In this document: positions 1 through 8,200 of the stretch, one piece after another | Numbering within the stretch: position 1 is the stretch's first letter | Layout of the letters: every line of letters begins with the position of its first letter | DNA from: Pyrinomonadaceae bacterium | GTDB lineage: Bacteria > Acidobacteriota > Blastocatellia > Pyrinomonadales > Pyrinomonadaceae | Assembly (NCBI GenBank): GCA_041737885.1 | Contig: JBGSQW010000017.1 | Location: forward strand, 3,481-67,480 | Length of the DNA: 64,000 nucleotides | Direction: 5' to 3' | Made by a program: the position numbers and the translations under genes | The notes under the pieces: model-generated | Seen by the model: the letters and a program-made list of their open reading frames with translations, nothing else | Databases searched by the model: none | Told to the model about the DNA's origin: nothing

Positions 1-158
1 ACACAACCTAGCTAAAAACTGACATCCAGAATCTAAAAACATTCGTATTGTTAATTGTACGCGGAATTCGGGCGAGCAGTTTGAGCCGGAAAATAATTTA
101 CAAGCACGGGAATAGTTCCGCTATATATATCAATAATAAAAACGACGGAGATTTCATC

Positions 159-596
159 ATGTTCAATCTTAAAAACTTTTTCGCAGCAGCACTTCTTTTT
201 ATCGGCGGCGTAACCGCAGCCAACGCTCAGATCGCTGAGGGTTCAGCCATCAAGGTAAATGTTCCTAACGCATTCGTTCTTAGAGACGAGACGTTCGAAG
301 CTGGTGACTACACTATCGAACGCACGCCTAACACGGCAGATTCGCCATCGCTTCTGATCCTTCGCGGTAATGGAGAAACGATGATCTTTAACACGATGGC
401 CGCCCGCACGACCGAGGCAGCTGCTTCGACACAGTTAGTATTCGATACCGTTAACGGTACGAGCTACCTGACCGAGATCGTAGTCAAGGGCCAGGCAGTA
501 AAGAGCGAGATCCCAAAGACCAAGTCGCAGAAGAAAGCAGAATCAAACGGCTCGGCTGTTCGCAATTATTTGACCATTACAAACACAGGTTTCTAA
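159..596 (+). CDS. hypothetical secreted protein
   Basis: ORF 48..596 trimmed to the ATG at 159 (GGAG at 147-150). N-terminus MFNLKNFFAAALLFIGGVTAANAQ is a Sec signal peptide. No family recognised. Confidence 0.5.
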   Translation: MFNLKNFFAAALLFIGGVTAANAQIAEGSAIKVNVPNAFVLRDETFEAGDYTIERTPNTADSPSLLILRGNGETMIFNTMAARTTEAAASTQLVFDTVNGTSYLTEIVVKGQAVKSEIPKTKSQKKAESNGSAVRNYLTITNTGF

Positions 597-624
597 CCGA
601 GGTTCCTCATACCTCCTCTTTTAA

Positions 625-655
625 GGTGCAGCTTGCCGGCTGCACCATTTTTTTG
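625..655. terminator. intrinsic terminator hairpin between convergent genes
   Basis: GGTGCAGC (625-632) pairs with GCTGCACC (639-646) and is followed by a T-run (648-654). Confidence 0.6.
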
Positions 656-656
656 T

Positions 657-1622
657 TTAGCGGCCGTATATTTTGTCTTCGATCGCCGCGACTGCCCTTC
701 CGTCAGATCCTGAAATTCTCGGCTCTCGGTCATTCAAAACAGCATCGGCAAAATCCTCAATCAACGGCGAATGAAAATTTAGCGATGGCGGATGAGATTC
801 GGTTATTTTTTCCGCACCGTTAACGATCGTTATCTCGCCACTGTTCAGCAGAGAAATATGGATCGATCCGCTGGTCCCGAAAATATCAAAAGTATCTCTC
901 GATTCCCCGATAGCATGAGAAACGACCAGCGAAGCGCACGTTCCGCTATCGAACTGCATCAAAACTGCCGCTGTGTCCTCGACCTCCCTCTGAAACTCGA
1001 CATTCGCCGTCAGGCTCTCGACACGCTCGGCCGTACCAAAAAGATCGTTGAGGATCTCGATCCGATGACAACCAAAATCCATCATCGGGCCACCGCCGCT
1101 TTTATCTTTCTCGACAAACCAGCGGCGAGGATGATCAGGGCCAGGGTTAAATGCCTCGAAAGAATTGAGCTGGGCAAAGATCGGCTTGCCGATCTCACCA
1201 TCGCTGATCGCCCGCCTTATTCTCTCGATCACTGGATAAAATCGCCGGTAATAGGCGATGCCAAGTTTCACACCGTTTGCCGAACAAGCGGCGATCATCT
1301 CATCGCATTCCGCAACATTCATCGCCATCGGCTTTTCGCACAAAACGTGCTTACCCGCCTCGGCCGATATGATCGTATGCTCGGCATGAAGAAAAACCGG
1401 TGACGCGATGTAAACAGCATCAACATCCGGGTCGGAAAGCATCTCGCGATAGTCGGCGTACCATCTCGGAATTCCAAACTCAGCGGCAAATTTAGCCGCC
1501 AGTTCTGCCTTACCGCGAGATATCGCGACCAGCTTTGAGTTTTCCGATCCCTGTATCGCGGGAACGATGCGTTTTCGAACAATATCACCGGCCCCGATGA
1601 TTCCCCATCCGATATTTTTCAT
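657..1622 (-). CDS. Gfo/Idh/MocA family NAD(P)-dependent oxidoreductase
   Basis: N-terminal Rossmann motif MKNIGWGIIGAGDI. Internal EKP motif (HVLCEKPMA) typical of the family. Confidence 0.85.
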   Translation of the reverse strand: MKNIGWGIIGAGDIVRKRIVPAIQGSENSKLVAISRGKAELAAKFAAEFGIPRWYADYREMLSDPDVDAVYIASPVFLHAEHTIISAEAGKHVLCEKPMAMNVAECDEMIAACSANGVKLGIAYYRRFYPVIERIRRAISDGEIGKPIFAQLNSFEAFNPGPDHPRRWFVEKDKSGGGPMMDFGCHRIEILNDLFGTAERVESLTANVEFQREVEDTAAVLMQFDSGTCASLVVSHAIGESRDTFDIFGTSGSIHISLLNSGEITIVNGAEKITESHPPSLNFHSPLIEDFADAVLNDREPRISGSDGRAVAAIEDKIYGR

Positions 1623-1781
1623 ATTTGTTTACTTAATTCTATCCGAAACGTGACGATCTTGCGGTAAATATTTTTGTATCGCGACGGGATGCGATTATGT
1701 TAGTCTTAACATGCGGCGATTTCCTACTCGCTATTTAATTCCGCTATTTCGATATTTCACGGCCCATAGCTTCCCGATATA

Positions 1782-2993
1782 ATGCCCGAGAATTTCATAG
1801 ATCTACGCACTTTGTCGTTTGCATTAATGCTGGTGACCGGTTTGATGGCCAGCGTAATGTATTTCGTCCTGCGTGCTCAAAAGACCTATCCGGGCACCGG
1901 ATTTTGGGTGCTGTCAAACTTCGCCGGAACGCTCGGCTTTTTGTTTCTCGGTCTACGCGGTTACGCCCCTGATCTGATCACGATATTTCTTGGAAATATG
2001 CTCGCCGTCGGCACAACGGCATTGGCTCTCGAAGGAAACCGCCGTTTTCTCGAGCTCGAACGCAAGAGTTCGGTCCCATTGTGGATAATGGCCGCCTATG
2101 GCGTAACGGTCATTTACCAATTGTACGTGAGCCCAAGTGTCACGGCTCGTATAATTACGGCATCCATAGTTTCCGCTGTTTTAACATATCTCAGCTACCG
2201 GGCCTTCACGAAAAAGCCAGGATTGATGAATAACGTCGTGTACCGCACGGTCGCGATGACCTTCCTGTTATTCTCGATGTTCATGATCCTGCGAATGTTT
2301 GCGTCCATGACGTTCGATTCTTTTAGCGATCTCTACACGCCTGAATGGATACAGACGGTTTCGTTCATGATATTTCTGGTCTTTGCTACCGTTTGGACGC
2401 TTAACTACGTCGTGCTTAACAGCGAACGGCTGAACGAAGAGCTGCGGGCTAAAGAGGCAGAACTGCACGAGCGAGCGACGACCGACTTCCTGACCGGGCT
2501 CAGCAATAAGCGGGCATTTGACGAATTTGCGAACTCTGAGATCAAGCGAAGCCGAAGATATAATATTCCAACCTGTCTGGTACTGATCGATCTCGATCAT
2601 TTCAAGACCGTAAACGACACATTTGGCCATGCGGTCGGCGACAAAGTTTTGATCGAGATCGGCCAACTGCTAAAACGCATGACCCGCCAGCACGATCTGA
2701 TCGCCCGACTAGGCGGCGAAGAATTCGGCCTTTTGCTTACACACACCGACGTTGACGGCGGCCACGCCGTGGCCGAGGCCTTCCGTCGCGAGATCCAGAA
2801 TCTCGAGATCAAACACGGAGCGATCGATCTGAGCATTACCTCGAGCTTCGGACTATCCGAGCTGCGCGAAGCAGATTCCCTCGAAACTCTGATGGAACGC
2901 TCCGATGCAAATCTCTACAAAGCCAAGAAAAAAGGCAGAAATCGTGTGATCTCCGATTCCAAAAGCGGTCTTCGCCTACTCTCGCAGGCATGA
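1782..2993 (+). CDS. membrane-anchored diguanylate cyclase (GGDEF domain)
   Basis: About 200 aa of multi-TM N-terminus, a coiled-coil linker, then a GGDEF domain with RLGGEEFGLL and DHFKTVNDTFGH. Confidence 0.85.
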   Translation: MPENFIDLRTLSFALMLVTGLMASVMYFVLRAQKTYPGTGFWVLSNFAGTLGFLFLGLRGYAPDLITIFLGNMLAVGTTALALEGNRRFLELERKSSVPLWIMAAYGVTVIYQLYVSPSVTARIITASIVSAVLTYLSYRAFTKKPGLMNNVVYRTVAMTFLLFSMFMILRMFASMTFDSFSDLYTPEWIQTVSFMIFLVFATVWTLNYVVLNSERLNEELRAKEAELHERATTDFLTGLSNKRAFDEFANSEIKRSRRYNIPTCLVLIDLDHFKTVNDTFGHAVGDKVLIEIGQLLKRMTRQHDLIARLGGEEFGLLLTHTDVDGGHAVAEAFRREIQNLEIKHGAIDLSITSSFGLSELREADSLETLMERSDANLYKAKKKGRNRVISDSKSGLRLLSQA

Positions 2994-3060
2994 TCATAAA
3001 AAAATGTGGAATAAAAAGCCGCTAGCGAACGTCTAATCGAAAGATTACAATCACTGTATT

Positions 3061-4227
3061 GTGAGGAATTTCGATATGACGATCCATGGCCTTTTTCTAT
3101 TTGCGGTCTCAATGTTCGCTTTATCGTGTTCGAACGCCGCTCCGTCCGGCGGATTTGAGAACACGGTTTTCGAGACTCAGGACAAGCAGACCAAGTTCCG
3201 CGTCGAAACGGTCGCAAGCGGCCTCGAAGTGCCGTGGGCTTTCGCATGGCTGCCCAATAAAGACCTCATCTTTACCGAACGCAAAGGCCGCGTCCGGATC
3301 ATCGAAGGCGGGAAGCTGCGTGCCGAGCCGATCTTCACCGTTCCCGACGTCGAGCCAAGCGGTGAGAGCGGTTTAATGGATATCTCTCTGCATCCGGATT
3401 TCGCCAAAAACAACTTCATCTACCTAGGCTACTCGTACAACAGCGACGGCAAACGCGTTAAAGTCGTTCGCTACAAATTTACTGACAATAAGTTCACCGA
3501 GCCCAAAACCATCATCGACAACATTCCCGGTGCCCCAAACCATGCCGGAATGCGTGCGAGATTCGGCCCGGACGGCAAATTGTATATCGCCACGGGCGAC
3601 GCGACCGATTGGAATCTGGCTCAGAAACTCGATTCGCTAGCGGGAAAGACTCTGCGTTTGAATGATGACGGTACCGTGCCGCAGGACAATCCGTTCGTAA
3701 GCCAAAAGGATGCCCGACCCGAGATCTGGTCATACGGTCACCGCAATCCGCAAGGAATGGCGTGGCAGCCCGGAACTGGTGCGATGTTCCAAACCGAACA
3801 CGGCCCCAGCTTTTTTGAAGGGAAAGGGTCAGGCGGCGACGAATTCAACCTCGTCGAACGCGGCAAAAACCTCGGCTGGCCCGAGATCCACCACACCGAG
3901 AAACGCGAAGGCATGGTCTCACCGCTCCTCGAATACAGCCCCGCGTGTGCTCCCGGCAGCGGAATGTTTTACAACGGCTCAGCACTCGCGTCATTCAAAG
4001 GCAACTACTTCTTCGGCTGCCTGAAAAGTGCCCGCATCATCCGCGTAACACTCGACGGCAGCAAAGTCGTGTCCCAGGAAAACTTGCTAGATGGCACCTT
4101 CGGCCGTATCCGCGAAATGGAAGAAGGCCCTGACGGCTACATCTATTTCTCAACCTCAAACCGCGACGGCCGCGGCTCACCGTCTAAAGACGACGATCGG
4201 ATCATGCGAATCGTGCCTGAAAAGTAA
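3061..4227 (+). CDS. PQQ-dependent sugar dehydrogenase (soluble glucose/sorbosone dehydrogenase family)
   Basis: Lipoprotein-like leader (FALSCS). Motifs YGHRNPQGMAW and GLMDISLHPDF are typical of the sGDH beta-propeller. Start could be GTG 3061 or ATG 3076. Confidence 0.8.
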   Translation: MRNFDMTIHGLFLFAVSMFALSCSNAAPSGGFENTVFETQDKQTKFRVETVASGLEVPWAFAWLPNKDLIFTERKGRVRIIEGGKLRAEPIFTVPDVEPSGESGLMDISLHPDFAKNNFIYLGYSYNSDGKRVKVVRYKFTDNKFTEPKTIIDNIPGAPNHAGMRARFGPDGKLYIATGDATDWNLAQKLDSLAGKTLRLNDDGTVPQDNPFVSQKDARPEIWSYGHRNPQGMAWQPGTGAMFQTEHGPSFFEGKGSGGDEFNLVERGKNLGWPEIHHTEKREGMVSPLLEYSPACAPGSGMFYNGSALASFKGNYFFGCLKSARIIRVTLDGSKVVSQENLLDGTFGRIREMEEGPDGYIYFSTSNRDGRGSPSKDDDRIMRIVPEK

Positions 4228-4246
4228 TGTAGCCTACATCATGAAT

Positions 4247-4279
4247 CTCCTCCGTTGGATATCGTTTCCAACGGAGGAG
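4247..4279 (+). promoter_or_regulatory. perfect 13-bp hairpin that contains the Shine-Dalgarno of the next gene
   Basis: CTCCTCCGTTGGA (4247-4259) pairs with TCCAACGGAGGAG (4267-4279), 7-nt loop. GGAGGAG is 4 nt before the ATG at 4284. Confidence 0.55.
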
Positions 4280-4283
4280 TCTT

Positions 4284-4502
4284 ATGGCTAAATCACTTAA
4301 AGCCGGCGACAAAGTCGAATGGGAAACGCCCCAAGGCAAAACAAAAGGTACCGTAAAGAGAAAGCTTACCTCACCGACTAAGATCAAAACGCATAAAGTG
4401 GCGGCCTCACAAGACGAACCGGAGTATCTTGTCGAGACCGACAAATCAAAAAAGAAAGCAGCTCACAAACCGGAAAGCTTAAAAAAAGTAAGCGGAAAAT
4501 AA
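4284..4502 (+). CDS. DUF2945-like small protein (Tudor-like fold family)
   Basis: 72 aa, GDKVEWETPQGKTKGTVKRKLT...HKVAAS...PEYLVE pattern recalled from DUF2945. Strong SD. Confidence 0.6.
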   Translation: MAKSLKAGDKVEWETPQGKTKGTVKRKLTSPTKIKTHKVAASQDEPEYLVETDKSKKKAAHKPESLKKVSGK

Positions 4503-4532
4503 TAAACCCCGGAAACGTTGTGCTGAGCTAGG

Positions 4533-5402
4533 TTAATTCTCACTCAGGAGCATCTTCTTCGCCCCCAAAAGCTCTGCCTTATGCTCTTCGGTAAGCACTG
4601 GATACGTCAAGTTCATTGATTCCAGCTTCTTCACCACGATCTCGGATACGGCGAGTCGCGTGAACCATTTTTTATCTGCCGGGATGATGTACCAAGGGGC
4701 GCGTTCGGTCGACGTTTCTTCCAGCGCCTCTTTGTAACACTTCATGTAATCGTCCCAATGTCCGCGTTCCTTTACGTCGCCCATTGAGAATTTCCAGTTT
4801 TTTTCTTCCTCATCGATCCGAGACAGAAATCGTGCCTTCTGCTCCTCTTTCGAGACATTCAGGAAAAACTTGATGACAGTCGTTCCATTCTCGGAAAGAT
4901 GCTGTTCCCAGTCGCGTATGTGTTTGAAGCGTTTTTTCCAGATGTCCTTGTCCGCAACAGTTTCTTCCGGCAATTGTTGGTACTGCAAAAATTCTGGATG
5001 CACGCGAACGACCAGAACCTCTTCGTAATGTGAACGGTTAAAGATACCGATCATCCCGCGGCCAGGCAGGTTTTTCTGACATCGCCAGAGGAAATCATGA
5101 TCGAGTTCCTCGCTCGACGGCTGTTTGAATGAGACGACGTGACAGCCCTGCGGGTTGACGCCGCTCATGACGTGTTCGATCGCTCCATCCTTGCCCGCCG
5201 CATCCATAGCCTGAAAGATCAGCAGCAGCGTATGACGGTCCTGTGCGTACAGAACGTCCTGCAATTCTCGCAGGCGTGAGACATTTTTCTTGAGGTCTTC
5301 CACCGCTTGCTTTTTATCGGTATAATCGCCCGTGAAGCCGGTCGGGTGGTCTTTGAGATCTACTTTTGAGCCTTCGGCAACGCGGAATTTTTCGGTTTTC
5401 AT
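4533..5402 (-). CDS. ppk2: polyphosphate kinase 2 family protein
   Basis: ORF trimmed to MKTEKF (ATG at 5402). PPK2 signatures FQAMDAAGKDG (Walker A-like) and FNRSHYEEVLVVRVH. Confidence 0.85.
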   Translation of the reverse strand: MKTEKFRVAEGSKVDLKDHPTGFTGDYTDKKQAVEDLKKNVSRLRELQDVLYAQDRHTLLLIFQAMDAAGKDGAIEHVMSGVNPQGCHVVSFKQPSSEELDHDFLWRCQKNLPGRGMIGIFNRSHYEEVLVVRVHPEFLQYQQLPEETVADKDIWKKRFKHIRDWEQHLSENGTTVIKFFLNVSKEEQKARFLSRIDEEEKNWKFSMGDVKERGHWDDYMKCYKEALEETSTERAPWYIIPADKKWFTRLAVSEIVVKKLESMNLTYPVLTEEHKAELLGAKKMLLSEN

Positions 5403-5436
5403 ATTGATCGCTAGTCTAGCAGAGCACACATAGATC

Positions 5437-6192
5437 GTGAACAAAATATCTTCAATTCTTGCTATCGCCGTCCTGGCATTCGTCGCATTCGGGTGCAGAT
5501 CGTGCGAGACGATCGATTCTTCAAAACTCGATCCGTCCGAGATCTATCAGGAATATACGATCACGGTGGCAGACGATACAACAGTCAGCGCGGGATTTCG
5601 CGTTTCCGGCCCGACCGGCACGACCATCGCCCTCGTCGCCCCGGCAAAGGTCGAATACAACGGCGGAGCAATGAGCGAAAATCTGAGAACGATTCTCAGC
5701 GGCACATATTATTCGGCGGGATCGAGCGGATTTGCGGGCTCGCACACATTCGTTTTCGCCGACAGCTCGGGTCGACAGTTCAAAAACAGTATTGAATTCG
5801 ACCCGATCAAAATTAATTCTAACGACATAATCCTAAGCAACAGCGGCAAGTCTATCGTTATTCCGCTTTCCCGTCCGCTAGTCGATGGCGAATCGATCAC
5901 CGCTTATTTGAGGTCCGATGCCGAGCCGCCGGCGGCACCCGCAAATACGGGGAATTCAAATACGAACGCATCAGCGGGCCCCGACTATTCAAGAGATCTC
6001 AGCGGCACCGTCGATAATCGCGCCCAGACCTTATCGATCGAAACCGATCAATTTCGCAACTTCATCGCCGGAAAAGCACGGCTGTACGTCGTTTTGAGCG
6101 CATCACGAATACCAACTGCTGTCGGGATACGCGGCGGGAATATTTCCTATTCGATCCAATCGCCAACCGTCACGGCAAACGTTACCAACTAG
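5437..6192 (+). CDS. hypothetical lipoprotein
   Basis: GTG start. Leader MNKISSILAIAVLAFVAFGC has a lipobox-like Cys. No family recognised. Confidence 0.5.
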   Translation: MNKISSILAIAVLAFVAFGCRSCETIDSSKLDPSEIYQEYTITVADDTTVSAGFRVSGPTGTTIALVAPAKVEYNGGAMSENLRTILSGTYYSAGSSGFAGSHTFVFADSSGRQFKNSIEFDPIKINSNDIILSNSGKSIVIPLSRPLVDGESITAYLRSDAEPPAAPANTGNSNTNASAGPDYSRDLSGTVDNRAQTLSIETDQFRNFIAGKARLYVVLSASRIPTAVGIRGGNISYSIQSPTVTANVTN

Positions 6193-6204
6193 ATCAGATA
6201 ACCC

Positions 6205-7428
6205 ATGAAGAACATTTTGGCATTCCTCATCGCGATCATCCTTTTCACAGGAATCTCATATGCTCAGCCGAAGCTCGTTCCAAACAAGATCACTCTAAAA
6301 AACGGCAAATCGTTTAGCCTGAATCTCGCCTCTGATTACGAGATCATCCCTGCAATGGAAGGCCTCAAGCGTGTGCGCTTTTTTGCCAAGGCTCCTGACG
6401 GGCGGATCTTTGTGACCGACATGTACAACCTCGCTGACGGCAAACGCGGCACGGTTTACATCCTCGACGGCTGGGATGTGAAAACCGGTAAATTCGGCAA
6501 GCTCATCCCGTACATGACCAAGCTGCGTAACCCGAACAGCGTCCAGTTCTACCGCGATGCGAACGGCCAGGAATGGTTCTACCTTGCCGAAACTCACCAG
6601 CTCACGCGGCGAAAATTCACGAGAGGCGAAACCTCGCCGACCGATGCTAAACCGCAAGTGCTCGCGACCTTTCCCGACTATGGCCTCAGCTACAAATACG
6701 GCGGCTGGCATCTGACGCGGACGATCTCATTCTCGCCGGAAGGCAGACTTTACGTCTCTGTCGGATCAAGCTGCAATTCATGCGTCGAGAAGGAAAAGGT
6801 CCGAGCCAGCATCGTCTCGATGAACCCGGACGGCACCGATCAGCGGGAATTCGCCAAAGGCCTGAGAAACGCCGTCGGACTGCGGGCGATCGGCAAATTT
6901 GTCTTCGCAACCAACCAGGGCAGCGACCACCTCGGCCTGCAAAAACCGGATGAGACGTTCTACGCTCTCAAGGAAGGTGCCGATTACGGCTGGCCATATT
7001 GCCACTCGTCAAACGGCAAGATCTTCGCCGATCCCAAGATAAAACGGCCCGCCGGCTGTGCGAATGTCACGGCGCCTTACGCATTCTTCCCTTCCCGATC
7101 CTCAGCTCTCGGATTTGACTATTTTGACGACGCTGACGCCGATCCCGTGATAAAAAACGCCTTCCTCGTCTCGCTCCACGGTTCAACGGACAAACGTATG
7201 GGCCACGGTTACAAGGTCGTGATAATGAGGAAAGGCGAAAAACTACAGGATTTCATCACAGGCTTTCTATCCAAAGGCACCGTCCTCGGCCGCCCCTGCG
7301 ACATCATGAAACTCGATGCCAACTCGTTCCTACTTACCGACGACTATACAGGAGTCGTGTATCTGATCAGAAAAAAAGGCTCGACCGCAAGGATCGGCAT
7401 GACCAACGAGCCCATAGCGGCATTGTAG
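6205..7428 (+). CDS. sorbosone/glucose dehydrogenase-like beta-propeller protein
   Basis: Signal peptide, then GADYGWPYCH and SCNSC motifs typical of L-sorbosone dehydrogenase-like proteins. Confidence 0.75.
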   Translation: MKNILAFLIAIILFTGISYAQPKLVPNKITLKNGKSFSLNLASDYEIIPAMEGLKRVRFFAKAPDGRIFVTDMYNLADGKRGTVYILDGWDVKTGKFGKLIPYMTKLRNPNSVQFYRDANGQEWFYLAETHQLTRRKFTRGETSPTDAKPQVLATFPDYGLSYKYGGWHLTRTISFSPEGRLYVSVGSSCNSCVEKEKVRASIVSMNPDGTDQREFAKGLRNAVGLRAIGKFVFATNQGSDHLGLQKPDETFYALKEGADYGWPYCHSSNGKIFADPKIKRPAGCANVTAPYAFFPSRSSALGFDYFDDADADPVIKNAFLVSLHGSTDKRMGHGYKVVIMRKGEKLQDFITGFLSKGTVLGRPCDIMKLDANSFLLTDDYTGVVYLIRKKGSTARIGMTNEPIAAL

Positions 7429-7484
7429 CCAATAGTGTACTTCGCTCTGAATACGAAGGCTCCGTCGGGCTCTTCACCAATTTT

Positions 7485-7560
7485 TTGCCACGAATGTGCA
7501 CGAATAACACGAATAAAAACCATTTCTTATATTCGTGCCATTCGTGTAAATTCGTGGCAA
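7485..7560. repeat. heptad-array palindromic element, copy 1
   Basis: Left arm has CACGAAT x3 (7489, 7499, 7508). Right arm has ATTCGTG x3 (7531, 7540, 7550). Outer stem TTGCCACGAAT pairs with ATTCGTGGCAA. Confidence 0.7.
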
Positions 7561-7620
7561 AACTCTCCTAAGTCTCCCCTTCATCAAAACATTGACTTTT
7601 GACTCTAGTTTGTGCTACGT

Positions 7621-7648
7621 TTGCAACGTTGTTGCATACCGTTATAAT
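7621..7648 (+). promoter_or_regulatory. candidate sigma70-type promoter TTGCAA-N16-TATAAT
   Basis: TTGCAA at 7621-7626 and TATAAT at 7643-7648. No ORF follows for about 290 nt. Confidence 0.4.
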
Positions 7649-7709
7649 GGCTGACGTATTGAAATTAGACCCGGCGATCATCTTTTCGGCTCGCCAAGCA
7701 CAAACTTTT

Positions 7710-7735
7710 GCCACAATGTGGCGCTTTTGTGGCGA
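7710..7735. repeat. short inverted plus direct repeat GCCACA-A-TGTGGCG ... TGTGGCG
   Basis: Palindrome GCCACAATGTGGC at 7710-7722. TGTGGCG repeated at 7717 and 7729 (12-bp period). Confidence 0.5.
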
Positions 7736-7801
7736 CCGTTTTGCAAAAAGTGAAAATCGAGCATTTTTATCGCCATAAGCCTATTTATTGCAACACTTCC
7801 A

Positions 7802-7844
7802 TGTCCCACGCATACCGTGGGACAACCGTGGGACACGTGGGACA
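7802..7844. repeat. TGTCCCACG followed by three tandem CGTGGGACA units
   Basis: TGTCCCACG at 7802-7810. CGTGGGACA at 7816-7824, 7827-7835 and 7836-7844. A further TGTCCCA lies at 7911-7917. Confidence 0.65.
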
Positions 7845-7944
7845 AAACACAGGGGATATTCGGTTAAACTGTTGAATCATTTGATGTTACAAGATTTGTC
7901 GTATTTTCGTTGTCCCATCAAAATTAGTCAAAAGGAACCAAAAA

Positions 7945-8148
7945 ATGATGCGAAAGACCCTAAATATTTCCTTTCCCGAAGAAACGCTGGACTTCATCCG
8001 CAGACGTGCTCGCGAGGAGTATTACAGCTCGGTGAGCGAATACACCCGTTCACTGATACGTCAGGATCAGAGGAACAATAAACCGCCCGAAAAGCCCTAT
8101 AGAAAGCTGCGTACGGCGAACGACGCTATGCGATCCTCATTTGAATAG
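7945..8148 (+). CDS. ribbon-helix-helix (CopG/ParD-like) DNA-binding protein, no partner gene
   Basis: 67 aa. KTLNISFPEETLDFIRRRAREEYYSSVSEYTRSLIRQD fits the beta-strand plus two-helix RHH pattern. AAGGA about 9 nt upstream of the ATG. Confidence 0.5.
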   Translation: MMRKTLNISFPEETLDFIRRRAREEYYSSVSEYTRSLIRQDQRNNKPPEKPYRKLRTANDAMRSSFE

Positions 8149-8200
8149 AGTCTTGTAACAGAAACTGTTACGATTATGGTTTGCGGAAAATAGCTGCTCT

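Noticed and set aside
7485-7844. Possible CRISPR array or iteron origin
   Set aside because: The units are only 7-9 nt with 2-3 nt spacers and are arranged as inverted arrays. There are no 25-40 nt repeats with unique spacers, no cas genes and no rep or par genes.
7788-8081. 97-aa ORF overlapping the repeat array and the RHH gene
   Set aside because: Its reading frame runs straight through the CGTGGGACA tandem repeats and overlaps the better-supported RHH ORF in another frame. No SD.
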